From contig JBHGNT010000535.1 of the NCBI GenBank assembly GCA_043228905.1, forward strand, positions 1 to 21,258: a DNA stretch of 21,258 nucleotides, read 5' to 3'. A program made the translations under genes and the position numbers. The notes below the pieces were generated by a model. It did no database searches and was not told where the DNA came from. It was given only the letters and a program-made list of their open reading frames with translations. This DNA comes from Azolla caroliniana. Lineage: Eukaryota > Plantae > Polypodiophyta. This document shows, in pieces, positions 9,269 through 21,258 of the stretch (positions are counted from its first letter, which is position 1; each line of letters starts with the position of its first letter).

Positions 9269-10047
9269 TTCGACCTTTCATCGAAAAGCGAAGGGAACGA
9301 AGATCTCGCATGTGAAGACCACTTATTTCTCGTCATACTTCTTGATCGTCGTATTTTTCGTAGGATCTCTTGTCTCTTACCTTACCATTATATTACTCGC
9401 CACATTACGGAGATGAGCTTAAATGGGTTTATCGGATAAAGGTATGCGGTGTGACGTATGCAATCCATAGAAAAGCATTCATGACCGTACAAATGACCTT
9501 CGAGAAGAGTTTTCGTCTCGAACTGTCAATCTCTGATGCGCAACGTTACCGTTCTCGTCTCATGATACCAACCGCTAGATTTCTTCCACTCGTACGTAAA
9601 CTTGCATTGTTGAATCTCGAATACGCTACCTTCTATTAATTCTACCCTAACCAAATGAAGAGTATCGCGCATGCGACGTCTTAGTGGCGGCCTTCGTGTA
9701 GGTTGTTTCTAAATTTTAAACGACGTCATCCTTGTGGACGACTACATTCAAATGCACACCATACAACAACTAGGCGTCATCACATTCTCGCGTCTACTCG
9801 CTTGTATTCAAACTAGGCCGGACAGGAGCACGGCGAGCCTAAGCAAGAAAGGCATTGTTCATATGTTCCCTCGAGCGAGTGCGCATTAAAAATATGTGAA
9901 CGGCATCGTCGTGATCGATGATTACGTTCAAATGAGCGACTTTTATCCCTTCCCCAATCCACGCATGTATTGATTGCGCAACGTTACCGAGCACTCTCGT
10001 TGTCATCGTTGTATTCCGATTCTCGAGAAGCGGAGCCTAATCCTAAT

Positions 10048-10120
10048 CGATCCTACTAGGGATCGAACCTAGAATCTCTGGTTTCGTAGACCAGCGCCTT
10101 ATCCATTGGGCCATAGGATC
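10048..10120 (-). tRNA. tRNA-Arg(ACG), copy 9
   Basis: Same sequence as 600-672. Confidence 0.96.
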
Positions 10121-10376
10121 TTCGGTTTTCCGTTGGTAATTGTACTCCCATTGAGGATCGCGATTGACGCGCGGCACACTTTTGACGAGGAATTTGTGCC
10201 GGATAAACCATTCCATTTCTTTTACCTATTAAACATCATCATCCTCGTAAATGAATGCAACCATTAAGCCAAAGCAGTGGATACAAGATCACATTTTCTG
10301 GACGGTTGAGACGAATGCGCATTATGATTCCGTGAATGATTCTCGATCGTCGTGCACTAGGGTCACGATTCTAAAC

Positions 10377-10449
10377 CGACCCTACTAGGGGTCGAACCTA
10401 GAATCTTTGGTTTCGAAGACCAACGCCTTATCCATTAGGCCATAGGATC
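10377..10449 (-). tRNA. tRNA-Arg(TCG), copy 9
   Basis: Same sequence as 929-1001. Confidence 0.96.
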
Positions 10450-11228
10450 TTCGACCTTTCATCGAAAAGCGAAGGGAACGAAGATCTCGCATGTGAAGAC
10501 CACTTATTTCTCGTCATACTTCTTGATCGTCGTATTTTTCGTAGGATCTCTTGTCTCTTACCTTACCATTATATTACTCGCCACATTACGGAGATGAGCT
10601 TAAATGGGTTTATCGGATAAAGGTATGCGGTGTGACGTATGCAATCCATAGAAAAGCATTCATGACCGTACAAATGACCTTCGAGAAGAGTTTTCGTCTC
10701 GAACTGTCAATCTCTGATGCGCAACGTTACCGTTCTCGTCTCATGATACCAACCGCTAGATTTCTTCCACTCGTACGTAAACTTGCATTGTTGAATCTCG
10801 AATACGCTACCTTCTATTAATTCTACCCTAACCAAATGAAGAGTATCGCGCATGCGACGTCTTAGTGGCGGCCTTCGTGTAGGTTGTTTCTAAATTTTAA
10901 ACGACGTCATCCTTGTGGACGACTACATTCAAATGCACACCATACAACAACTAGGCGTCATCACATTCTCGCGTCTACTCGCTTGTATTCAAACTAGGCC
11001 GGACAGGAGCACGGCGAGCCTAAGCAAGAAAGGCATTGTTCATATGTTCCCTCGAGCGAGTGCGCATTAAAAATATGTGAACGGCATCGTCGTGATCGAT
11101 GATTACGTTCAAATGAGCGACTTTTATCCCTTCCCCAATCCACGCATGTATTGATTGCGCAACGTTACCGAGCACTCTCGTTGTCATCGTTGTATTCCGA
11201 TTCTCGAGAAGCGGAGCCTAATCCTAAT

Positions 11229-11301
11229 CGATCCTACTAGGGATCGAACCTAGAATCTCTGGTTTCGTAGACCAGCGCCTTATCCATTGGGCCATAGGAT
11301 C
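11229..11301 (-). tRNA. tRNA-Arg(ACG), copy 10
   Basis: Same sequence as 600-672. Confidence 0.96.
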
Positions 11302-11557
11302 TTCGGTTTTCCGTTGGTAATTGTACTCCCATTGAGGATCGCGATTGACGCGCGGCACACTTTTGACGAGGAATTTGTGCCGGATAAACCATTCCATTTC
11401 TTTTACCTATTAAACATCATCATCCTCGTAAATGAATGCAACCATTAAGCCAAAGCAGTGGATACAAGATCACATTTTCTGGACGGTTGAGACGAATGCG
11501 CATTATGATTCCGTGAATGATTCTCGATCGTCGTGCACTAGGGTCACGATTCTAAAC

Positions 11558-11630
11558 CGACCCTACTAGGGGTCGAACCTAGAATCTTTGGTTTCGAAGA
11601 CCAACGCCTTATCCATTAGGCCATAGGATC
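11558..11630 (-). tRNA. tRNA-Arg(TCG), copy 10
   Basis: Same sequence as 929-1001. Confidence 0.96.
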
Positions 11631-12409
11631 TTCGACCTTTCATCGAAAAGCGAAGGGAACGAAGATCTCGCATGTGAAGACCACTTATTTCTCGTCATAC
11701 TTCTTGATCGTCGTATTTTTCGTAGGATCTCTTGTCTCTTACCTTACCATTATATTACTCGCCACATTACGGAGATGAGCTTAAATGGGTTTATCGGATA
11801 AAGGTATGCGGTGTGACGTATGCAATCCATAGAAAAGCATTCATGACCGTACAAATGACCTTCGAGAAGAGTTTTCGTCTCGAACTGTCAATCTCTGATG
11901 CGCAACGTTACCGTTCTCGTCTCATGATACCAACCGCTAGATTTCTTCCACTCGTACGTAAACTTGCATTGTTGAATCTCGAATACGCTACCTTCTATTA
12001 ATTCTACCCTAACCAAATGAAGAGTATCGCGCATGCGACGTCTTAGTGGCGGCCTTCGTGTAGGTTGTTTCTAAATTTTAAACGACGTCATCCTTGTGGA
12101 CGACTACATTCAAATGCACACCATACAACAACTAGGCGTCATCACATTCTCGCGTCTACTCGCTTGTATTCAAACTAGGCCGGACAGGAGCACGGCGAGC
12201 CTAAGCAAGAAAGGCATTGTTCATATGTTCCCTCGAGCGAGTGCGCATTAAAAATATGTGAACGGCATCGTCGTGATCGATGATTACGTTCAAATGAGCG
12301 ACTTTTATCCCTTCCCCAATCCACGCATGTATTGATTGCGCAACGTTACCGAGCACTCTCGTTGTCATCGTTGTATTCCGATTCTCGAGAAGCGGAGCCT
12401 AATCCTAAT

Positions 12410-12482
12410 CGATCCTACTAGGGATCGAACCTAGAATCTCTGGTTTCGTAGACCAGCGCCTTATCCATTGGGCCATAGGATC
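12410..12482 (-). tRNA. tRNA-Arg(ACG), copy 11
   Basis: Same sequence as 600-672. Confidence 0.96.
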
Positions 12483-12738
12483 TTCGGTTTTCCGTTGGTA
12501 ATTGTACTCCCATTGAGGATCGCGATTGACGCGCGGCACACTTTTGACGAGGAATTTGTGCCGGATAAACCATTCCATTTCTTTTACCTATTAAACATCA
12601 TCATCCTCGTAAATGAATGCAACCATTAAGCCAAAACAGTGGATACAAGATCACATTTTCTGGACGGTTGAGACGAATGCGCATTATGATTCCGTGAATG
12701 ATTCTCGATCGTCGTGCACTAGGGTCACGATTCTAAAC

Positions 12739-12811
12739 CGACCCTACTAGGGGTCGAACCTAGAATCTTTGGTTTCGAAGACCAACGCCTTATCCATTAG
12801 GCCATAGGATC
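12739..12811 (-). tRNA. tRNA-Arg(TCG), copy 11
   Basis: Same sequence as 929-1001. Confidence 0.96.
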
Positions 12812-13590
12812 TTCGACCTTTCATCGAAAAGCGAAGGGAACGAAGATCTCGCATGTGAAGACCACTTATTTCTCGTCATACTTCTTGATCGTCGTATTTT
12901 TCGTAGGATCTCTTGTCTCTTACCTTACCATTATATTACTCGCCACATTACGGAGATGAGCTTAAATGGGTTTATCGGATAAAGGTATGCGGTGTGACGT
13001 ATGCAATCCATAGAAAAGCATTCATGACCGTACAAATGACCTTCGAGAAGAGTTTTCGTCTCGAACTGTCAATCTCTGATGCGCAACGTTACCGTTCTCG
13101 TCTCATGATACCAACCGCTAGATTTCTTCCACTCGTACGTAAACTTGCATTGTTGAATCTCGAATACGCTACCTTCTATTAATTCTACCCTAACCAAATG
13201 AAGAGTATCGCGCATGCGACGTCTTAGTGGCGGCCTTCGTGTAGGTTGTTTCTAAATTTTAAACGACGTCATCCTTGTGGACGACTACATTCAAATGCAC
13301 ACCATACAACAACTAGGCGTCATCACATTCTCGCGTCTACTCGCTTGTATTCAAACTAGGCCGGACAGGAGCACGGCGAGCCTAAGCAAGAAAGGCATTG
13401 TTCATATGTTCCCTCGAGCGAGTGCGCATTAAAAATATGTGAACGGCATCGTCGTGATCGATGATTACGTTCAAATGAGCGACTTTTATCCCTTCCCCAA
13501 TCCACGCATGTATTGATTGCGCAACGTTACCGAGCACTCTCGTTGTCATCGTTGTATTCCGATTCTCGAGAAGCGGAGCCTAATCCTAAT

Positions 13591-13663
13591 CGATCCTACT
13601 AGGGATCGAACCTAGAATCTCTGGTTTCGTAGACCAGCGCCTTATCCATTGGGCCATAGGATC
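13591..13663 (-). tRNA. tRNA-Arg(ACG), copy 12
   Basis: Same sequence as 600-672. Confidence 0.96.
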
Positions 13664-13919
13664 TTCGGTTTTCCGTTGGTAATTGTACTCCCATTGAGGA
13701 TCGCGATTGACGCGCGGCACACTTTTGACGAGGAATTTGTGCCGGATAAACCATTCCATTTCTTTTACCTATTAAACATCATCATCCTCGTAAATGAATG
13801 CAACCATTAAGCCAAAGCAGTGGATACAAGATCACATTTTCTGGACGGTTGAGACGAATGCGCATTATGATTCCGTGAATGATTCTCGATCGTCGTGCAC
13901 TAGGGTCACGATTCTAAAC

Positions 13920-13992
13920 CGACCCTACTAGGGGTCGAACCTAGAATCTTTGGTTTCGAAGACCAACGCCTTATCCATTAGGCCATAGGATC
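13920..13992 (-). tRNA. tRNA-Arg(TCG), copy 12
   Basis: Same sequence as 929-1001. Confidence 0.96.
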
Positions 13993-14771
13993 TTCGACCT
14001 TTCATCGAAAAGCGAAGGGAACGAAGATCTCGCATGTGAAGACCACTTATTTCTCGTCATACTTCTTGATCGTCGTATTTTTCGTAGGATCTCTTGTCTC
14101 TTACCTTACCATTATATTACTCGCCACATTACGGAGATGAGCTTAAATGGGTTTATCGGATAAAGGTATGCGGTGTGACGTATGCAATCCATAGAAAAGC
14201 ATTCATGACCGTACAAATGACCTTCGAGAAGAGTTTTCGTCTCGAACTGTCAATCTCTGATGCGCAACGTTACCGTTCTCGTCTCATGATACCAACCGCT
14301 AGATTTCTTCCACTCGTACGTAAACTTGCATTGTTGAATCTCGAATACGCTACCTTCTATTAATTCTACCCTAACCAAATGAAGAGTATCGCGCATGCGA
14401 CGTCTTAGTGGCGGCCTTCGTGTAGGTTGTTTCTAAATTTTAAACGACGTCATCCTTGTGGACGACTACATTCAAATGCACACCATACAACAACTAGGCG
14501 TCATCACATTCTCGCGTCTACTCGCTTGTATTCAAACTAGGCCGGACAGGAGCACGGCGAGCCTAAGCAAGAAAGGCATTGTTCATATGTTCCCTCGAGC
14601 GAGTGCGCATTAAAAATATGTGAACGGCATCGTCGTGATCGATGATTACGTTCAAATGAGCGACTTTTATCCCTTCCCCAATCCACGCATGTATTGATTG
14701 CGCAACGTTACCGAGCACTCTCGTTGTCATCGTTGTATTCCGATTCTCGAGAAGCGGAGCCTAATCCTAAT

Positions 14772-14844
14772 CGATCCTACTAGGGATCGAACCTAGAATC
14801 TCTGGTTTCGTAGACCAGCGCCTTATCCATTGGGCCATAGGATC
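14772..14844 (-). tRNA. tRNA-Arg(ACG), copy 13
   Basis: Same sequence as 600-672. Confidence 0.96.
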
Positions 14845-15100
14845 TTCGGTTTTCCGTTGGTAATTGTACTCCCATTGAGGATCGCGATTGACGCGCGGCA
14901 CACTTTTGACGAGGAATTTGTGCCGGATAAACCATTCCATTTCTTTTACCTATTAAACATCATCATCCTCGTAAATGAATGCAACCATTAAGCCAAAGCA
15001 GTGGATACAAGATCACATTTTCTGGACGGTTGAGACGAATGCGCATTATGATTCCGTGAATGATTCTCGATCGTCGTGCACTAGGGTCACGATTCTAAAC

Positions 15101-15173
15101 CGACCCTACTAGGGGTCGAACCTAGAATCTTTGGTTTCGAAGACCAACGCCTTATCCATTAGGCCATAGGATC
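15101..15173 (-). tRNA. tRNA-Arg(TCG), copy 13
   Basis: Same sequence as 929-1001. Confidence 0.96.
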
Positions 15174-15952
15174 TTCGACCTTTCATCGAAAAGCGAAGGG
15201 AACGAAGATCTCGCATGTGAAGACCACTTATTTCTCGTCATACTTCTTGATCGTCGTATTTTTCGTAGGATCTCTTGTCTCTTACCTTACCATTATATTA
15301 CTCGCCACATTACGGAGATGAGCTTAAATGGGTTTATCGGATAAAGGTATGCGGTGTGACGTATGCAATCCATAGAAAAGCATTCATGACCGTACAAATG
15401 ACCTTCGAGAAGAGTTTTCGTCTCGAACTGTCAATCTCTGATGCGCAACGTTACCGTTCTCGTCTCATGATACCAACCGCTAGATTTCTTCCACTCGTAC
15501 GTAAACTTGCATTGTTGAATCTCGAATACGCTACCTTCTATTAATTCTACCCTAACCAAATGAAGAGTATCGCGCATGCGACGTCTTAGTGGCGGCCTTC
15601 GTGTAGGTTGTTTCTAAATTTTAAACGACGTCATCCTTGTGGACGACTACATTCAAATGCACACCATACAACAACTAGGCGTCATCACATTCTCGCGTCT
15701 ACTCGCTTGTATTCAAACTAGGCCGGACAGGAGCACGGCGAGCCTAAGCAAGAAAGGCATTGTTCATATGTTCCCTCGAGCGAGTGCGCATTAAAAATAT
15801 GTGAACGGCATCGTCGTGATCGATGATTACGTTCAAATGAGCGACTTTTATCCCTTCCCCAATCCACGCATGTATTGATTGCGCAACGTTACCGAGCACT
15901 CTCGTTGTCATCGTTGTATTCCGATTCTCGAGAAGCGGAGCCTAATCCTAAT

Positions 15953-16025
15953 CGATCCTACTAGGGATCGAACCTAGAATCTCTGGTTTCGTAGACCAGC
16001 GCCTTATCCATTGGGCCATAGGATC
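15953..16025 (-). tRNA. tRNA-Arg(ACG), copy 14
   Basis: Same sequence as 600-672. Confidence 0.96.
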
Positions 16026-16281
16026 TTCGGTTTTCCGTTGGTAATTGTACTCCCATTGAGGATCGCGATTGACGCGCGGCACACTTTTGACGAGGAATTT
16101 GTGCCGGATAAACCATTCCATTTCTTTTACCTATTAAACATCATCATCCTCGTAAATGAATGCAACCATTAAGCCAAAACAGTGGATACAAGATCACATT
16201 TTCTGGACGGTTGAGACGAATGCGCATTATGATTCCGTGAATGATTCTCGATCGTCGTGCACTAGGGTCACGATTCTAAAC

Positions 16282-16354
16282 CGACCCTACTAGGGGTCGA
16301 ACCTAGAATCTTTGGTTTCGAAGACCAACGCCTTATCCATTAGGCCATAGGATC
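16282..16354 (-). tRNA. tRNA-Arg(TCG), copy 14
   Basis: Same sequence as 929-1001. Confidence 0.96.
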
Positions 16355-17133
16355 TTCGACCTTTCATCGAAAAGCGAAGGGAACGAAGATCTCGCATGTG
16401 AAGACCACTTATTTCTCGTCATACTTCTTGATCGTCGTATTTTTCGTAGGATCTCTTGTCTCTTACCTTACCATTATATTACTCGCCACATTACGGAGAT
16501 GAGCTTAAATGGGTTTATCGGATAAAGGTATGCGGTGTGACGTATGCAATCCATAGAAAAGCATTCATGACCGTACAAATGACCTTCGAGAAGAGTTTTC
16601 GTCTCGAACTGTCAATCTCTGATGCGCAACGTTACCGTTCTCGTCTCATGATACCAACCGCTAGATTTCTTCCACTCGTACGTAAACTTGCATTGTTGAA
16701 TCTCGAATACGCTACCTTCTATTAATTCTACCCTAACCAAATGAAGAGTATCGCGCATGCGACGTCTTAGTGGCGGCCTTCGTGTAGGTTGTTTCTAAAT
16801 TTTAAACGACGTCATCCTTGTGGACGACTACATTCAAATGCACACCATACAACAACTAGGCGTCATCACATTCTCGCGTCTACTCGCTTGTATTCAAACT
16901 AGGCCGGACAGGAGCACGGCGAGCCTAAGCAAGAAAGGCATTGTTCATATGTTCCCTCGAGCGAGTGCGCATTAAAAATATGTGAACGGCATCGTCGTGA
17001 TCGATGATTACGTTCAAATGAGCGACTTTTATCCCTTCCCCAATCCACGCATGTATTGATTGCGCAACGTTACCGAGCACTCTCGTTGTCATCGTTGTAT
17101 TCCGATTCTCGAGAAGCGGAGCCTAATCCTAAT

Positions 17134-17206
17134 CGATCCTACTAGGGATCGAACCTAGAATCTCTGGTTTCGTAGACCAGCGCCTTATCCATTGGGCCAT
17201 AGGATC
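17134..17206 (-). tRNA. tRNA-Arg(ACG), copy 15
   Basis: Same sequence as 600-672. Confidence 0.96.
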
Positions 17207-17462
17207 TTCGGTTTTCCGTTGGTAATTGTACTCCCATTGAGGATCGCGATTGACGCGCGGCACACTTTTGACGAGGAATTTGTGCCGGATAAACCATTCC
17301 ATTTCTTTTACCTATTAAACATCATCATCCTCGTAAATGAATGCAACCATTAAGCCAAAGCAGTGGATACAAGATCACATTTTCTGGACGGTTGAGACGA
17401 ATGCGCATTATGATTCCGTGAATGATTCTCGATCGTCGTGCACTAGGGTCACGATTCTAAAC

Positions 17463-17535
17463 CGACCCTACTAGGGGTCGAACCTAGAATCTTTGGTTTC
17501 GAAGACCAACGCCTTATCCATTAGGCCATAGGATC
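17463..17535 (-). tRNA. tRNA-Arg(TCG), copy 15
   Basis: Same sequence as 929-1001. Confidence 0.96.
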
Positions 17536-18314
17536 TTCGACCTTTCATCGAAAAGCGAAGGGAACGAAGATCTCGCATGTGAAGACCACTTATTTCTCGT
17601 CATACTTCTTGATCGTCGTATTTTTCGTAGGATCTCTTGTCTCTTACCTTACCATTATATTACTCGCCACATTACGGAGATGAGCTTAAATGGGTTTATC
17701 GGATAAAGGTATGCGGTGTGACGTATGCAATCCATAGAAAAGCATTCATGACCGTACAAATGACCTTCGAGAAGAGTTTTCGTCTCGAACTGTCAATCTC
17801 TGATGCGCAACGTTACCGTTCTCGTCTCATGATACCAACCGCTAGATTTCTTCCACTCGTACGTAAACTTGCATTGTTGAATCTCGAATACGCTACCTTC
17901 TATTAATTCTACCCTAACCAAATGAAGAGTATCGCGCATGCGACGTCTTAGTGGCGGCCTTCGTGTAGGTTGTTTCTAAATTTTAAACGACGTCATCCTT
18001 GTGGACGACTACATTCAAATGCACACCATACAACAACTAGGCGTCATCACATTCTCGCGTCTACTCGCTTGTATTCAAACTAGGCCGGACAGGAGCACGG
18101 CGAGCCTAAGCAAGAAAGGCATTGTTCATATGTTCCCTCGAGCGAGTGCGCATTAAAAATATGTGAACGGCATCGTCGTGATCGATGATTACGTTCAAAT
18201 GAGCGACTTTTATCCCTTCCCCAATCCACGCATGTATTGATTGCGCAACGTTACCGAGCACTCTCGTTGTCATCGTTGTATTCCGATTCTCGAGAAGCGG
18301 AGCCTAATCCTAAT

Positions 18315-18387
18315 CGATCCTACTAGGGATCGAACCTAGAATCTCTGGTTTCGTAGACCAGCGCCTTATCCATTGGGCCATAGGATC
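18315..18387 (-). tRNA. tRNA-Arg(ACG), copy 16
   Basis: Same sequence as 600-672. Confidence 0.96.
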
Positions 18388-18643
18388 TTCGGTTTTCCGT
18401 TGGTAATTGTACTCCCATTGAGGATCGCGATTGACGCGCGGCACACTTTTGACGAGGAATTTGTGCCGGATAAACCATTCCATTTCTTTTACCTATTAAA
18501 CATCATCATCCTCGTAAATGAATGCAACCATTAAGCCAAAGCAGTGGATACAAGATCACATTTTCTGGACGGTTGAGACGAATGCGCATTATGATTCCGT
18601 GAATGATTCTCGATCGTCGTGCACTAGGGTCACGATTCTAAAC

Positions 18644-18716
18644 CGACCCTACTAGGGGTCGAACCTAGAATCTTTGGTTTCGAAGACCAACGCCTTATCC
18701 ATTAGGCCATAGGATC
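18644..18716 (-). tRNA. tRNA-Arg(TCG), copy 16
   Basis: Same sequence as 929-1001. Confidence 0.96.
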
Positions 18717-19495
18717 TTCGACCTTTCATCGAAAAGCGAAGGGAACGAAGATCTCGCATGTGAAGACCACTTATTTCTCGTCATACTTCTTGATCGTCGT
18801 ATTTTTCGTAGGATCTCTTGTCTCTTACCTTACCATTATATTACTCGCCACATTACGGAGATGAGCTTAAATGGGTTTATCGGATAAAGGTATGCGGTGT
18901 GACGTATGCAATCCATAGAAAAGCATTCATGACCGTACAAATGACCTTCGAGAAGAGTTTTCGTCTCGAACTGTCAATCTCTGATGCGCAACGTTACCGT
19001 TCTCGTCTCATGATACCAACCGCTAGATTTCTTCCACTCGTACGTAAACTTGCATTGTTGAATCTCGAATACGCTACCTTCTATTAATTCTACCCTAACC
19101 AAATGAAGAGTATCGCGCATGCGACGTCTTAGTGGCGGCCTTCGTGTAGGTTGTTTCTAAATTTTAAACGACGTCATCCTTGTGGACGACTACATTCAAA
19201 TGCACACCATACAACAACTAGGCGTCATCACATTCTCGCGTCTACTCGCTTGTATTCAAACTAGGCCGGACAGGAGCACGGCGAGCCTAAGCAAGAAAGG
19301 CATTGTTCATATGTTCCCTCGAGCGAGTGCGCATTAAAAATATGTGAACGGCATCGTCGTGATCGATGATTACGTTCAAATGAGCGACTTTTATCCCTTC
19401 CCCAATCCACGCATGTATTGATTGCGCAACGTTACCGAGCACTCTCGTTGTCATCGTTGTATTCCGATTCTCGAGAAGCGGAGCCTAATCCTAAT

Positions 19496-19568
19496 CGATC
19501 CTACTAGGGATCGAACCTAGAATCTCTGGTTTCGTAGACCAGCGCCTTATCCATTGGGCCATAGGATC
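19496..19568 (-). tRNA. tRNA-Arg(ACG), copy 17
   Basis: Same sequence as 600-672. Confidence 0.96.
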
Positions 19569-19824
19569 TTCGGTTTTCCGTTGGTAATTGTACTCCCATT
19601 GAGGATCGCGATTGACGCGCGGCACACTTTTGACGAGGAATTTGTGCCGGATAAACCATTCCATTTCTTTTACCTATTAAACATCATCATCCTCGTAAAT
19701 GAATGCAACCATTAAGCCAAAGCAGTGGATACAAGATCACATTTTCTGGACGGTTGAGACGAATGCGCATTATGATTCCGTGAATGATTCTCGATCGTCG
19801 TGCACTAGGGTCACGATTCTAAAC

Positions 19825-19897
19825 CGACCCTACTAGGGGTCGAACCTAGAATCTTTGGTTTCGAAGACCAACGCCTTATCCATTAGGCCATAGGATC
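19825..19897 (-). tRNA. tRNA-Arg(TCG), copy 17
   Basis: Same sequence as 929-1001. Confidence 0.96.
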
Positions 19898-20676
19898 TTC
19901 GACCTTTCATCGAAAAGCGAAGGGAACGAAGATCTCGCATGTGAAGACCACTTATTTCTCGTCATACTTCTTGATCGTCGTATTTTTCGTAGGATCTCTT
20001 GTCTCTTACCTTACCATTATATTACTCGCCACATTACGGAGATGAGCTTAAATGGGTTTATCGGATAAAGGTATGCGGTGTGACGTATGCAATCCATAGA
20101 AAAGCATTCATGACCGTACAAATGACCTTCGAGAAGAGTTTTCGTCTCGAACTGTCAATCTCTGATGCGCAACGTTACCGTTCTCGTCTCATGATACCAA
20201 CCGCTAGATTTCTTCCACTCGTACGTAAACTTGCATTGTTGAATCTCGAATACGCTACCTTCTATTAATTCTACCCTAACCAAATGAAGAGTATCGCGCA
20301 TGCGACGTCTTAGTGGCGGCCTTCGTGTAGGTTGTTTCTAAATTTTAAACGACGTCATCCTTGTGGACGACTACATTCAAATGCACACCATACAACAACT
20401 AGGCGTCATCACATTCTCGCGTCTACTCGCTTGTATTCAAACTAGGCCGGACAGGAGCACGGCGAGCCTAAGCAAGAAAGGCATTGTTCATATGTTCCCT
20501 CGAGCGAGTGCGCATTAAAAATATGTGAACGGCATCGTCGTGATCGATGATTACGTTCAAATGAGCGACTTTTATCCCTTCCCCAATCCACGCATGTATT
20601 GATTGCGCAACGTTACCGAGCACTCTCGTTGTCATCGTTGTATTCCGATTCTCGAGAAGCGGAGCCTAATCCTAAT

Positions 20677-20749
20677 CGATCCTACTAGGGATCGAACCTA
20701 GAATCTCTGGTTTCGTAGACCAGCGCCTTATCCATTGGGCCATAGGATC
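20677..20749 (-). tRNA. tRNA-Arg(ACG), copy 18
   Basis: Same sequence as 600-672. Confidence 0.96.
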
Positions 20750-21005
20750 TTCGGTTTTCCGTTGGTAATTGTACTCCCATTGAGGATCGCGATTGACGCG
20801 CGGCACACTTTTGACGAGGAATTTGTGCCGGATAAACCATTCCATTTCTTTTACCTATTAAACATCATCATCCTCGTAAATGAATGCAACCATTAAGCCA
20901 AAGCAGTGGATACAAGATCACATTTTCTGGACGGTTGAGACGAATGCGCATTATGATTCCGTGAATGATTCTCGATCGTCGTGCACTAGGGTCACGATTC
21001 TAAAC

Positions 21006-21078
21006 CGACCCTACTAGGGGTCGAACCTAGAATCTTTGGTTTCGAAGACCAACGCCTTATCCATTAGGCCATAGGATC
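21006..21078 (-). tRNA. tRNA-Arg(TCG), copy 18
   Basis: Same sequence as 929-1001. Confidence 0.96.
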
Positions 21079-21258
21079 TTCGACCTTTCATCGAAAAGCG
21101 AAGGGAACGAAGATCTCGCATGTGAAGACCACTTATTTCTCGTCATACTTCTTGATCGTCGTATTTTTCGTAGGATCTCTTGTCTCTTACCTTACCATTA
21201 TATTACTCGCCACATTACGGAGATGAGCTTAAATGGGTTTATCGGATAAAGGTATGCG

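Larger units (their letters stand above)
1..21258. repeat. Tandem array of a 1181-bp unit, 18 complete copies, each with tRNA-Arg(TCG) + tRNA-Arg(ACG)
   Basis: Sequence recurs every 1181 nt (identical ORFs at 1103, 2284, 3465 ... 19999); window length equals 18 x 1181; no indels seen between copies. Confidence 0.99.

Noticed and set aside
1-21258. CRISPR array or diversity cassette
   Set aside because: No short repeats with unique spacers; the sole variable block is a library adapter.

Overview
The whole window is a head-to-tail tandem array of one 1181-bp unit, present in exactly 18 copies (18 x 1181 = 21258; the last bases ...ggtatgcg join seamlessly to the first gtgtgacg...). Each unit carries two intact, intronless, CCA-less 73-nt tRNA-Arg genes on the minus strand: tRNA-Arg(TCG) at unit positions 929-1001 and, 256 nt downstream, tRNA-Arg(ACG) at 600-672. 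That gives 36 tRNA genes with eukaryotic Pol III A/B boxes. The two tRNAs differ at only 6 positions, including the wobble base and a compensatory anticodon-stem pair, and together could decode the whole CGN box. By eye the copies are nearly identical. I found one recurrent SNP (G>A at unit position 826, in copies 3, 11 and 14) and one 27-nt block in copy 3 (2876-2902) that matches the SMART / PacBio ultra-low-input amplification adapter, i.e. a library artefact. The sequence alone cannot tell a chromosomal tRNA gene array from a rolling-circle or over-assembled concatemer of a 1181-nt circle. The repeated 89-aa ORF is not supported as a gene.
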